Source: a virus. Taken from it: DNA of 64,000 nucleotides. Under the pieces are notes generated by a model. The model made no database searches, had not been told where the DNA came from, and was given only the letters and a program-made list of their open reading frames with translations. A program made the position numbers and the translations under genes. This document shows, piece after piece, positions 1 to 8,792 of this stretch; position 1 is the first letter of the stretch, and each line of letters opens with the position of its first letter. The stretch is from positions 26,838-90,837 of IMG/VR virus record IMGVR_UViG_3300021067_000006; one strand, 5' to 3'.

Positions 1-797
1 TTGTCGCGCAGCACGGCGTTCTCGTTCTGCACGCGCTCAGCGAGCTGCCGAGCGCCATCGACGGTCGATTGCCAGAACTCGTCGCGCGCCTTCACCGCGG
101 CGAGGATTCGCGCGTCCAACGCCTCGAGCGCGTCGCAGAGCACGTGCACGCTCTCGCCCGCGGCGCCGTCGTTCCTGAACTTTTCACGGCAGAACGCGAT
201 CGCGGCGCGCACCTTCTCGTCGGTGTGCGGCTTCGCTCTGCTACCGCACCCGTACCACTTCTCGCGCGCCACCGTCGCGCGGTCGAACGCGGCCATGCAC
301 TCGAATAGGAATTCGCCGAGCACGAAGTCCGGCGTGTTGCTGTGCCGCTCGGCGCCGTTCCGGTTCACGACCTGAGCGAGCTCGCGCATGAACTGCTCGT
401 CGCGCTCGAGCTGCGCATCAGCCGCCGCGTGCAGCCCGGCGAGGTCGCGCTCGACACCGAACAGCGGCTCGACAGGCTCGACCATCGGCTGCGCTTCCGG
501 CTGCACCGGAGACTCCGCGCACAACCGCAGCGCCTCGCTCAATTCGTCAGCCATTTCTTCGAAGAATACTTGCGGGTTCGTGTACCCGTCCTCGCGCAAT
601 CCGCGAATCCTCTCTCGCCATGCCTCGTGTAACTTGTTGAGCGGCGCCAGCTTCGTCGACTCGCGTCGCTCGTCGAACCTGCCGAGGTCGTACACCGCGC
701 GCCGCCCGAGGTTGTCGAGATCATCTCGCCCCGACTGGTCGCGCAGGAAGCCGTTAGCGAATTCGCGTTTGAGGTCTTCGTCGGTTCGATTCGTCAT
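1..797 (-). CDS. Hypothetical phage protein, runs off the left edge (contains NTPDF motif)
   Basis: Not in the ORF track; translated by hand: MTNRTDEDLKREF...ELAQVVNRNGAERHSNTPDFVLGEFLFECMAAFDRATVAREKWYG...; SD-like AAGGGGA upstream; no stop seen before the window edge. Confidence 0.75.
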   Translation of the reverse strand, partial: MTNRTDEDLKREFANGFLRDQSGRDDLDNLGRRAVYDLGRFDERRESTKLAPLNKLHEAWRERIRGLREDGYTNPQVFFEEMADELSEALRLCAESPVQPEAQPMVEPVEPLFGVERDLAGLHAAADAQLERDEQFMRELAQVVNRNGAERHSNTPDFVLGEFLFECMAAFDRATVAREKWYGCGSRAKPHTDEKVRAAIAFCREKFRNDGAAGESVHVLCDALEALDARILAAVKARDEFWQSTVDGARQLAERVQNENAVLRD

Positions 798-810
798 CGT
801 CAATCCCCTT

Positions 811-945
811 TCACGGCGCTCCGCGCAGCAGCAGCTCGCTCTCGACTTCATCCAGGTGCGCGAGGTACGCGACAAGTGATGCTGCCGCAACGCTCGCGGC
901 AAGCGCGACAAGCACGAGCAGCACGCGGAAGCGAGGCTCGCTCAC
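811..945 (-). CDS. Small single-TM protein (44 aa)
   Basis: GTGA overlap with upstream gene; hydrophobic VLLVLVALAASVAAASLVAYL. Confidence 0.55.
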   Translation of the reverse strand: MSEPRFRVLLVLVALAASVAAASLVAYLAHLDEVESELLLRGAP

Positions 946-1421
946 GACGCCTCGACGTAACACTTCGGGCGGCAGAGCTCGCAGCGCGTGCCCGCACGCA
1001 GCCACTCGTCGGAACCCTTGCGATAGCCCCACGCTGCGCCGGCGCGATGCGCGAGCTCGTTGGCGCAGCGCTCACACGCGACCGCCGCGATGAGCTGCGC
1101 CTCGCGCAAGCCGTGGCGCGGCGCGCGTAGGTAACCGCGGCAGAGCGAGCGCAGCCGCTCACGCAGCGTCGGCCTCACGAGCGCGAGCACGAGGCCCGGG
1201 CTGTACGTGGCCGTGCCGCGCATCAGCAGGCGCGTCTCGCTTTGCTCGCCGTCGGGGTCAGCTACGGCCGCGAGCTGATGCACCGTCTCGTGCATCGCGA
1301 CCTCGCGCACGCGCATGAAACAGAAGCCGTGCGGCGGGTCAACGAGCGAACCACCCTGCGGCGGAACCCAGCGGCGCCCTTCGTGGTCTTCGTACCAGAG
1401 AGTCGGGGGATGGCTTTGCAT
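942..1421 (-). CDS. Hypothetical protein (159 aa)
   Basis: MQSHPPTLWYED start 7 nt after CATCAT; C-terminal Cys pairs. Confidence 0.65.
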   Translation of the reverse strand: MQSHPPTLWYEDHEGRRWVPPQGGSLVDPPHGFCFMRVREVAMHETVHQLAAVADPDGEQSETRLLMRGTATYSPGLVLALVRPTLRERLRSLCRGYLRAPRHGLREAQLIAAVACERCANELAHRAGAAWGYRKGSDEWLRAGTRCELCRPKCYVEAS

Positions 1422-1435
1422 ACCCCCGATGATGC

Positions 1436-1702
1436 TCACCGAGGCAACGAGCCGCGCACGTACACCCGCTCCTGCGTCGCGACGCATGGTTGCTGCACGA
1501 GCCTGATCTCACCGAGCTCGACCATCCGATCAAGGCACGCGAGCATCAGGTACGAATCACCAGTCGACGTCATCAGCGCTTCGACCACACGCACAGCGCC
1601 AGCAACCGCGAGCAGCTCACGCACCCGATCGCGAATCTGAAGAAACATCACCTGCCCGTCATCGGTGAACAGGCGCGACTTCTCTTTGGCGTAGTCGTAC
1701 AT
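1436..1702 (-). CDS. Hypothetical phage protein (88 aa)
   Basis: MYDYAKEKSRLFTDDGQVMFLQIRD; start 7 nt after CATCAT. Confidence 0.75.
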   Translation of the reverse strand: MYDYAKEKSRLFTDDGQVMFLQIRDRVRELLAVAGAVRVVEALMTSTGDSYLMLACLDRMVELGEIRLVQQPCVATQERVYVRGSLPR

Positions 1703-1716
1703 GAGACCGATGATGC

Positions 1717-1929
1717 TCACCGCATCAGGGCATCGCGGCGCAGGCACGCGACGTCGTCGCCGTAGCCCGTGCTCGCAAGGTTCTGCACGGGCACGCCCTC
1801 GCGGCGGATGCACTCGAGCGCGCGCTCGAATCGCTGCTCGCGCTCACGGCTGCACGTCGACCCCATCAGCGCAGTCGACGTGCCGACGACCGAGCTGATG
1901 AGCAGGCAATGCCAAACCTTCACGGTCAC
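1717..1929 (-). CDS. Small hypothetical protein with hydrophobic N-terminus (70 aa)
   Basis: GTGA overlap with upstream stop; fills the gap in the gene chain. Confidence 0.45.
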   Translation of the reverse strand: MTVKVWHCLLISSVVGTSTALMGSTCSREREQRFERALECIRREGVPVQNLASTGYGDDVACLRRDALMR

Positions 1930-2159
1930 GGCAGGCCCTTCTCGGCAGCCCACCATCCTTCAACGACGAGCGTCCCCTCGGCGTGCTCGCCGGCGTCGAA
2001 CACCTCGCTGTCGTCGTGCACCAGGCTCTTTGGGATCCACCGCTCGACGCGATCGAGCTCGTCGTCCGTCGGCTGCAGCTCAATCAACAACGCGCGGTCC
2101 GTCTCCCGCAGGCAGCGCGCGCGGCAGTGGTAGAGCTCGGCCTCGTCGTCGCGGCTCAC
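1926..2159 (-). CDS. Small phage protein with WIPKS motif (77 aa)
   Basis: RETDRALLIE...WIPKS...VEGWWAAEKGL; GTGA coupling. Confidence 0.7.
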   Translation of the reverse strand: MSRDDEAELYHCRARCLRETDRALLIELQPTDDELDRVERWIPKSLVHDDSEVFDAGEHAEGTLVVEGWWAAEKGLP

Positions 2160-2677
2160 AGCGACCGCCACTTCTGCGAGAAGCGCCGTCGGAGCTCGGC
2201 GAGACTCTCGGCGCGCTCGCCCGGCCACGCCTCACGCGGCGTCGTCGCAGCGTCCACGCCCGCGGGCAGCTCGCCGAACACGCGCGAGAACAGCTCCTCG
2301 GCGAGGCCCGCAAGCGCCGCGGTCGGAGGCGCAACGAGCGAGCCGTCGAGCAGCGCGCAGAGCACCTCGGCGTCGGTCGCCGGGCGCGTGTCCTCGCCGC
2401 GCTGCACGCGCTCGATGAGCTCGCAGCAGTGCGCCCGGTACGTGCTGAGCGCCTTGCCGAGCAGCGGCCGCGTCGGCTGCAAAAGCGCGAACGTCGCGCG
2501 CTGCTCTCCCGTCTCGGCGAGCACCGTCTCGGCCACGGCCATGCACTCGAACGTGAAGCGCACGGCCTCGCAGGCGCTCGCGCCGAGATGGGCGAACAGC
2601 GCGTCGAGCACCACGCCACGCATGCCCCGGTCGGGGCGGGATATGCAATCGCGCGATTCCAAAGACCGGGTTGTCAC
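2156..2677 (-). CDS. Hypothetical protein (start could be ATG 2623)
   Basis: Coupled overlaps at both ends; palindrome copy near the 5' end. Confidence 0.65.
   Translation of the reverse strand: MTTRSLESRDCISRPDRGMRGVVLDALFAHLGASACEAVRFTFECMAVAETVLAETGEQRATFALLQPTRPLLGKALSTYRAHCCELIERVQRGEDTRPATDAEVLCALLDGSLVAPPTAALAGLAEELFSRVFGELPAGVDAATTPREAWPGERAESLAELRRRFSQKWRSL
2642..2663. promoter_or_regulatory. 22-bp palindrome copy 1 (TATGCAATCGCGCGATTCCAAA)
   Basis: Matches a family of 8 dispersed copies. Confidence 0.75.
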
Positions 2678-2937
2678 GGCGTCGTCCCTTCCTCATCGGC
2701 CACTTCACACGCGCGTAGAACGCTGGCTTTCCACTGCTCCATCGCGAACAGCAGCACGGGCAGGTCCTGCGAACCGCCCCGCTGCCAGTACGTTCGGCGG
2801 CCACCGTCGGCGAGCACAACCACCGAGTGAAACTTGCCGGCCTTCGCCTCGGCGAGCGCGCTCTCGAGCACGCTCACGACCTCAGCCACGATGGCCGGCG
2901 GTACCGCCGGCGCGAGCTGTATCGGCTTCTCGCTCAC
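2674..2937 (-). CDS. Hypothetical protein (87 aa)
   Basis: GTG-SEKPIQLAP; GTGA overlaps. Confidence 0.65.
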   Translation of the reverse strand: MSEKPIQLAPAVPPAIVAEVVSVLESALAEAKAGKFHSVVVLADGGRRTYWQRGGSQDLPVLLFAMEQWKASVLRACEVADEEGTTP

Positions 2938-4118
2938 GGCAGGCTCACCGTCTTCAGCTTGAGCAGCTGCGCGTGCTTCGTCACGCGCGCACGGAAGGCG
3001 TCGACGTGCTCCGCCTTGCACGTACAGCGACCCTCGGGCGAGCCGAGCCGACCGCACGGGCACGGCAGCGTCGACGCGATGATGCGCGCCGGGCGCGCCG
3101 GCAGCCGCACCTCGACGCCGTCGGCACGCCGATACTTGACGTGCCCCTGCTCGAGCACGCGCGCCATTGCCTCGATCGACGACGTTCGCCAGTCGCCGAG
3201 CTCATCGAGCACGAGCACGCCGTGCGTCGCCATCGACACCTCACCGAACGACCAGATCGTCGGCGTCAGCTCGAACCCGATGAGCCCCCGCTCGCTCACC
3301 GAGCAGTGTGGCGCGCGCGCCGGCCGCACCGCGCCCGCCGGCGCCATCCCGATTCCAGCGGCCGAGCGGATGGCGAGCACCTCGAGCGCCTGCAACGGCC
3401 CGAGCGCGCCGAGCTCGTACAGCGCCGCGCGCGCCACCGAGCTCACGCGGTACTCGTTCGACACGTAGCTCGGGCTGATGAGCAGCACGTCGCCCGTGCG
3501 CGGCACCTGCTCGGGCAGCACAGGCACCGGCATCGTCGACCACTGCCGCTCGTTGTCGAGCTCGGGTGTGAGGGTCGTGCGTGCGCCCAACGTGAGCCCG
3601 TGTCCCGGCCGCCCCGTGCGCGCGAACTCGAGCACGGGCCTGAGATGCCGCGCGCCGTAGACCGTGACGTTCTCGGCGAGGCTCGCCTCGGGCAAGTCCT
3701 CATCGCACACCACGACTGTGCGGCAGGCGCCCGTGTCGGCGATGGCCTTCACGCGGGCAAGGCAACCGCGTACCGGCCGGAGCTCGCCGCCGAGCCCGAG
3801 CGACGCGACGCAACCGATCTCGAGCATCGCGCTCGCATCGTCGAACGTGGCATCCGCCACTGCGAGCGCGAGGTCAAAGCCGTAATCGAGACCTTTCACG
3901 TCGAACGCGACCGGCGGCTTGCCGAGCACGGCGGTATCGCTCGCGACTAGCGCCGCGCTCACACGAACCGTCGCCTCGCGCACGCGCATCGAATCGCCGC
4001 CGTAGTTGGGGAACGCGTACCGATTGAGCAGCAGAGCGTCATTCGCGGCAGCGCTCGCGGTGATGGTGAGATGCTCGCCTTCGACGCCAACGAGCCGCGC
4101 GGTGTGAACGAGAGTCAT
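2934..4118 (-). CDS. ComM/YifB (Mg-chelatase-related) homolog with degenerate Walker A and C-terminal truncation
   Basis: VREATVRV, FDLALAVA, SLGLGGELRPVRG, RAPHCS, GEVSMATHGVLVLDEL, PCPCG..CTC motifs; no GxxGxGK(T/S). Confidence 0.85.
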   Translation of the reverse strand: MTLVHTARLVGVEGEHLTITASAAANDALLLNRYAFPNYGGDSMRVREATVRVSAALVASDTAVLGKPPVAFDVKGLDYGFDLALAVADATFDDASAMLEIGCVASLGLGGELRPVRGCLARVKAIADTGACRTVVVCDEDLPEASLAENVTVYGARHLRPVLEFARTGRPGHGLTLGARTTLTPELDNERQWSTMPVPVLPEQVPRTGDVLLISPSYVSNEYRVSSVARAALYELGALGPLQALEVLAIRSAAGIGMAPAGAVRPARAPHCSVSERGLIGFELTPTIWSFGEVSMATHGVLVLDELGDWRTSSIEAMARVLEQGHVKYRRADGVEVRLPARPARIIASTLPCPCGRLGSPEGRCTCKAEHVDAFRARVTKHAQLLKLKTVSLP

Positions 4119-4150
4119 GGTTCGGAGGATGCCGCACGCGCAGCGGCAGC

Positions 4151-4243
4151 TCATCGCCAACCTAAGTCGACCGCGATGTCGTTAGCTACAACCCAAGCAA
4201 CGAAAACGCACAGCAGGCAATCGATTAGATCGATAACGTTCAC
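4151..4243 (-). CDS. 30-aa hydrophobic micropeptide MNVIDLIDCLLCVFVAWVVANDIAVDLGWR
   Basis: SD-like GAGAGGTGG before GTG; paralogous to the neighbouring micropeptide. Confidence 0.55.
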   Translation of the reverse strand: MNVIDLIDCLLCVFVAWVVANDIAVDLGWR

Positions 4244-4253
4244 GAGCCACCTC

Positions 4254-4343
4254 TCATCCGCGCCACCCGCAGAACGTCGCCACGACATCGGTCACGACCC
4301 ACGCGACGCTGACGCAGACCATGACCTCAAACAACCCGCCCAT
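4254..4343 (-). CDS. 29-aa hydrophobic micropeptide MGGLFEVMVCVSVAWVVTDVVATFCGWRG
   Basis: TGATG coupling to upstream gene; paralogous to 4151-4243. Confidence 0.55.
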   Translation of the reverse strand: MGGLFEVMVCVSVAWVVTDVVATFCGWRG

Positions 4344-4561
4344 CACGGCGCGCGCTTCCTCGCGAGCTGCCGCGCAATGTCGCCGGCCGGCGTCAGCTCA
4401 GCCGGCGCTGTCGCGCTGTAACGCAACAGCGCCCGGTCGATGAGCAGCCCGAGCGTGCGCGTGACGTGCCGCGAATATCGCCGTAGCCCGAACGGCGAGC
4501 GGCCCTCGGCGATGCAGTCGAGCACTTCGCACTGAAACGCGGTCAGCGGCTTCTCGCTCAC
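4343..4561 (-). CDS. Small winged-helix-like protein (72 aa)
   Basis: LTAFQCEVLDCI...TLGLLIDRALL...ELTPAG pattern. Confidence 0.6.
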   Translation of the reverse strand: MSEKPLTAFQCEVLDCIAEGRSPFGLRRYSRHVTRTLGLLIDRALLRYSATAPAELTPAGDIARQLARKRAP

Positions 4562-4743
4562 GACTTCACCAGCACGAGCCCGATGATTCGCTCGCCGTCC
4601 ATGAGCTCGGGTGTCCCGTGCGCGCTGTGTTCAGCGTAGAAAGCCCGCATCTCTTTCGCCGTGACGAGCGGATCGTCGCTCGCACGCACCGCAAGTGTCG
4701 CGCCGCACGTCGAGCATCGCAGGCCTGTGAGTCTCACGCTCAT
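4558..4743 (-). CDS. Small Zn-finger-like protein (61 aa)
   Basis: CSTC...H..H; coupled overlaps. Confidence 0.55.
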   Translation of the reverse strand: MSVRLTGLRCSTCGATLAVRASDDPLVTAKEMRAFYAEHSAHGTPELMDGERIIGLVLVKS

Positions 4744-6563
4744 GACTTTTCCACCACGGCCCGACGGAGCAGCACACGCGACTCCTCAGGCCCTTTCCAG
4801 AAAGGCTGAATCCAGATCGTTTTGCGCAGGCTGCGCCGCGGCCCGTGCACCTGCTGTCGCCAGTGCCCGCGCACCAGGAACTGCACCTTCGGGCTTCCGC
4901 CGCCCGCGCCGCGCCGGCGCCCCGATAGGTGCTCGGTGAGCTCACTGCGCAGGTCGAGCTCGAGCGGCTTGCTCAAGACGAACCGCGCCTGCTCGAGCTC
5001 GGGCGGACCTGAGCGCCCCTTCGCCGAGCGGCTCGTTCCCTCGCTCGCGCCGCGCTCGCGCCGGAACTCGTCGGGCTCACTGAGCGCGAGGCAGCAGCCG
5101 CGCACGAGCGCGCGGATCGTCGGCAAGAGGCGACCGCCGTAAGCACCGACCGCATCGGTCACATCGTCGATGTGCAGCACGGTGCCTTGCTCGAGCACGA
5201 GCGCGACCGGCTCGGCGCCGACGCACCACACGCGGCGTGTCGTGTTGCGCCCGAGCTCGGGGGTATCAAGCAGCCCGTCCGGCAGCGTGAGCGACCACGC
5301 CTTCCATGGCGCGCCGACCTCGACCGTATCGGGCACGTCCGTGAGCGCGAGCGCGGCAGCGAGCCGGTGCCCGACCTCGAGCCGCGCGAAGCTGCTGTCG
5401 AGCCACAGCTCGACGAAGTCGAGCATCGCAGTGACGGCCTTGGGTGCGAGCTCGATGTCGGGCTCGCCGTAGAAGAGCACCTTGCCAAGATGCCTGAGCT
5501 TCGCGAGCGCGGGTGAGCGGTTCGCCTCGCGCTCGAGCACACGCTGCAGGAGCTCGTGCCCGCCCTCGCCGAGCTCTTTCTCGAGGCGCCACAGCGGCCG
5601 GAACACGTACGCCGTCGCCATCGCCGTCGCCTCGACGTTGCTCGGCGTCTTCGCGTTCGGCGGGATCGGCGCGCGTGCCGCGGCCTGCCGCGCGTTGGCC
5701 ATCGCCTCGGCGATGCGCGCGAGCATCGCCGGATGCTCGCGCTCGAGCTCACGAAGTTTGCCGATCGACGGCCGGAGCTCGCCAAACTCGGCCTCGATGA
5801 GCACCTCATCGAGCAGCAGGTCGACGATGCGATCGAACGTGTTCGCGAGATCCATCGCGACGCGATCGAGAGGCGGCAGCTTCGCGCGCACGCGCCTGAG
5901 GATCTCTTTCCTCAGCGCGACTGTGTGGTCGACCGACGTGCGGCCACGCACGGGCCTGAGCTTCGGCATCTCCTCGAGCACCTCGAGCGTCGACTCGCGC
6001 ACGGCTTCGACGATGTCGCGCTCGACGTCGGCAGCGAACGCGTCGGCGATCTGCTCGGGCTTGCCGGCGGAGCCTGGCTGCATCGTCGCCGCCATGGTGA
6101 CCGCGGCACCGATGCGCACATCTTCGCTCTGCATCGCCGGCTGCTTGGCGATGAGCTCGTCGATGGCGTCGCTGTGCAGCGCCGGCTGCTCGGCGACGAT
6201 CGCCTCGAGGTCATCGGTGCGCAGCGTGAGCGCGGCGTGTCCGCTTCGCGTGAGCGCGACGTTGAGAGGGTCCGGCGCGCGCTCGGCCTGGTACCCGTCG
6301 CGCTGCAGCTTCCCCGCCATGTACGCCTGCGACATCGTGCGGCTGCCCGGGGGCGCATCCGCATGCGCAAGCGCGCGATAGCGGCTCGTGGCCTTGGTGA
6401 TGGTGCGAGGCGTGGCCGTGCTCAGCGTCGCCGCCGTCGCCGTCGAGTAGGGAATCGCTGCCGCTGCGGCGCCTCGCTCCGCGTTCGCCCGCTCTGCCTT
6501 CACCGCCTCGCCCGACCGCTCCGCTGCAGCGAGCCGGCGCCGCAGCCTCTTGCCCTTGCTCAT
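4740..6563 (-). CDS. Large hypothetical phage protein (607 aa) with C-terminal VRGHWR motif
   Basis: Start MSKGK 7 nt after CATCAT; C-terminal FLVRGHWRQQVHGP...IWIQPFWKG. Confidence 0.75.
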   Translation of the reverse strand: MSKGKRLRRRLAAAERSGEAVKAERANAERGAAAAAIPYSTATAATLSTATPRTITKATSRYRALAHADAPPGSRTMSQAYMAGKLQRDGYQAERAPDPLNVALTRSGHAALTLRTDDLEAIVAEQPALHSDAIDELIAKQPAMQSEDVRIGAAVTMAATMQPGSAGKPEQIADAFAADVERDIVEAVRESTLEVLEEMPKLRPVRGRTSVDHTVALRKEILRRVRAKLPPLDRVAMDLANTFDRIVDLLLDEVLIEAEFGELRPSIGKLRELEREHPAMLARIAEAMANARQAAARAPIPPNAKTPSNVEATAMATAYVFRPLWRLEKELGEGGHELLQRVLEREANRSPALAKLRHLGKVLFYGEPDIELAPKAVTAMLDFVELWLDSSFARLEVGHRLAAALALTDVPDTVEVGAPWKAWSLTLPDGLLDTPELGRNTTRRVWCVGAEPVALVLEQGTVLHIDDVTDAVGAYGGRLLPTIRALVRGCCLALSEPDEFRRERGASEGTSRSAKGRSGPPELEQARFVLSKPLELDLRSELTEHLSGRRRGAGGGSPKVQFLVRGHWRQQVHGPRRSLRKTIWIQPFWKGPEESRVLLRRAVVEKS

Positions 6564-7087
6564 GTCCCCGATGATGCGCGCCAACGGAGCGAGCGCACCT
6601 CGGGAAGCCGGATGTCTTCGGGCACGCGCCACAGGCCGAGCTGTCCCCTGCACGGCACTGGCTCGGGCAGCGGCGCGTAATCGAGCACCGAGTAACCGTG
6701 CTGCCCGGCGATGCGCCATCGGTCCTGCGGGCCACGCACGACGCCGTCGTACACGCCGAGGGGTATGCCGAACCGCAGCAGCCCGACGATCGAACCGTAC
6801 GGCGGAGCGACGCGGCCCTTGATCAACGCGCCGCAGTCGTACTCGGGCACAAGCTCGGTAGGCACGCCCGCGCGCGCCGCGAGCTCGCAGTACGCCTTGA
6901 ACGCAGCGCGCGATGGGCGCTGCGAGACGTGCATCCAAACGACTCGATGCTCGAGCGGCAGCGCGCGCTTGCGGTTCTCCACAAGCTTCAGGTGCTCGGG
7001 CGGCAGCGCCGCCATGAACAGCGGCACAGGCCACTGAAACGACAGCGCCCTCGTCGCCGAGCGAAACCAATCCTTCGACAGGGTCAT
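6560..7087 (-). CDS. ASCH-domain protein (175 aa)
   Basis: ALSFQWP, KLVENR, GSIVG, PLPEPVPCRGQLGLW motifs. Confidence 0.8.
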   Translation of the reverse strand: MTLSKDWFRSATRALSFQWPVPLFMAALPPEHLKLVENRKRALPLEHRVVWMHVSQRPSRAAFKAYCELAARAGVPTELVPEYDCGALIKGRVAPPYGSIVGLLRFGIPLGVYDGVVRGPQDRWRIAGQHGYSVLDYAPLPEPVPCRGQLGLWRVPEDIRLPEVRSLRWRASSGT

Positions 7088-7344
7088 CGGCGACACGATG
7101 CCGCCGGTTTGGAATCGCGCGGTTCCAAACCGCGGTGAAGCACGACGAACCAATCGCGCGGACAAAGCGTCATGCCCGAGGGAAGCATCGCGAAGTGCGC
7201 GATGCGCGCGCCCTGCAGCTCAGCGAGCGGCCCGCGGTAGTCGGTGAAGCTCACGATCGTGTCGCGCCCCGGCGCCCACCACACGCGCAGCACGTCGCCG
7301 ACGCGCAGGTCTTCGGACCATACGTGCTCACCGTCGTCGCTCAC
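7084..7344 (-). CDS. Hypothetical protein (86 aa)
   Basis: GTGA coupling; EDLRVGDVL motif. Confidence 0.6.
   Translation of the reverse strand: MSDDGEHVWSEDLRVGDVLRVWWAPGRDTIVSFTDYRGPLAELQGARIAHFAMLPSGMTLCPRDWFVVLHRGLEPRDSKPAASCRR
7108..7129. promoter_or_regulatory. 22-bp palindrome copy 2 (TTTGGAATCGCGCGGTTCCAAA)
   Basis: Immediately upstream of the CATCGT hexamer of the ASCH gene. Confidence 0.8.
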
Positions 7345-7829
7345 CCGACCATCCCAGGCAGCAAGAGCCGCGGCGTCTTGCCGGTCCGGTAACTCTCTTC
7401 GAGAGAGTCGGCGACGAGCAAGTGCACCGGACGCCCGTCGGGCAGCAGGATGTCGGCGAGGAATTCGCGCTCGACCGTCGTGATGCCGTCGGCGATGGCC
7501 TCGAGCTTCGCCGTCACGAGCAGGAGCAGGCGCCGCCACGACTGCCGCTCGAGCTGCGCGAGCCGCTCGCGGCGCCACTGCTCGCGCGACTTCCCGCGCC
7601 GGCGGTGTGGCACCTCGATGTCCTGCGGCACGCGCACCTCGAACCGGATCATCCGCTCCTGCAGCCGGCACTGCACCGCGGCAAGGCCGGTCTTGTCGTC
7701 GACGTAGGTCGCCCGCTCGCTCGCGCCGTGCTTCGCGAGCAGCGCGTCGAGCTGCGCCCGCGTGCGCTCGACCGGCACGCTCGTCGTTTCGGCAAACCGT
7801 CGCGGCTTCGGCGCCTTGGCTTTCGTCAT
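7341..7829 (-). CDS. Hypothetical phage protein (162 aa)
   Basis: FAETTSVPVERTRAQLDALLAKHGA...WRRLLLLVTAKLEAI...EFLADILLPDG; CATCAT-N7-ATG. Confidence 0.8.
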   Translation of the reverse strand: MTKAKAPKPRRFAETTSVPVERTRAQLDALLAKHGASERATYVDDKTGLAAVQCRLQERMIRFEVRVPQDIEVPHRRRGKSREQWRRERLAQLERQSWRRLLLLVTAKLEAIADGITTVEREFLADILLPDGRPVHLLVADSLEESYRTGKTPRLLLPGMVG

Positions 7830-8068
7830 CGACTCGATGATGCCGATGCGCCCTTGCACTCCACGCAGAACGGCTGCCGGCTCATCTCGGCGAACCCAAG
7901 GTCAGCCGCCACGGTGCGCGGCGAGCGACGCGCGGCAATGAGCAGCCGCGGCCTCTCGAGCTCGACACCGCAGCACGTCGACGAATGCGATCCGTAGCTC
8001 GCCTTGACGCGGTGCCAGGCGCCGCCCTGCTCGGCGACCCACACGGTCAGCCTCACGAGCTCAGGCAT
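7826..8068 (-). CDS. Small Cys/His protein (80 aa)
   Basis: TGATG coupling; WH...CCG...CVEC. Confidence 0.55.
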   Translation of the reverse strand: MPELVRLTVWVAEQGGAWHRVKASYGSHSSTCCGVELERPRLLIAARRSPRTVAADLGFAEMSRQPFCVECKGASASSSR

Positions 8069-8604
8069 CAGGCGTCGTCGCCTTCCCAGCGCAGCGCGAA
8101 CCGCTCGTACACGCTCGGCCGGTTCAGCCCGAGCTCGACCCACGCGGTCCCGCGCGCCTCGCCCCACGTCGGCGCGAACACGTGACACGTCGACTCCGCC
8201 CGGTCGGTGCCGATGGGCGCCAGCCAGAACCGATACCAGCGCCGGCCCGCGATGTGCGGGAAGCGCGCGAGCGCGAGACGCAAGCTCGACGGCAGCGCCT
8301 GCAAATTGAACTCATCGGGCACGCATGTGTCCGGCCCTCGAGCCTCGTGCTCTTCGTCGGAGCGCGGCATCCTGACGTCGGTCGGCAACACCTCGAACAT
8401 GGGCCTACCGCCGTGCTCGAAAGGCACGCGGTGAGCGCACACCCGCCGCGCATTGAAAGGGTCGGCGAGGTCGACGCTATCGGAGCGCTGCGCGACCACG
8501 CGCCGGACCTGCCCGGCGCAAAGCGAGTAGTCGATCGTGAGCTGCTTGATGACGACGCGCGCGCCGATGAGAGAGCGGCGGCGCGGTCCTACGAAGCGCT
8601 TCAT
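8068..8604 (-). CDS. Hypothetical protein (178 aa)
   Basis: Coupled overlaps at both ends. Confidence 0.6.
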   Translation of the reverse strand: MKRFVGPRRRSLIGARVVIKQLTIDYSLCAGQVRRVVAQRSDSVDLADPFNARRVCAHRVPFEHGGRPMFEVLPTDVRMPRSDEEHEARGPDTCVPDEFNLQALPSSLRLALARFPHIAGRRWYRFWLAPIGTDRAESTCHVFAPTWGEARGTAWVELGLNRPSVYERFALRWEGDDA

Positions 8605-8792
8605 TCGGCAGCCTCGCTCGCTCGGTGCCTGAGTTTTGGGTTCTGCCGCTCGGCGTCGCAGGCCTTGCAGCGGCTCTGCCTGCCCGTCCAGTGCCCGCGG
8701 TCGGCGAAGAACTGGTCGAGGGGCTTGATGGTGTCGCAGCGGTAGCAGAGCTTGAGCCCAGGCCCGGGCTCGGGGTTTCGTCGGCGGCTCAT
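8601..8792 (-). CDS. Stand-alone Zn finger resembling N-termini of HNH/EndoVII proteins (63 aa)
   Basis: KLCYRCDTIKPLDQF...QSRCKAC. Confidence 0.7.
   Translation of the reverse strand: MSRRRNPEPGPGLKLCYRCDTIKPLDQFFADRGHWTGRQSRCKACDAERQNPKLRHRASEAAE

Noticed and set aside
2934-4118. comM fragment as a prophage attachment boundary
   Set aside because: Phage-like genes continue on both sides, the ORF is highly diverged with a phage-type start, and no integrase is nearby
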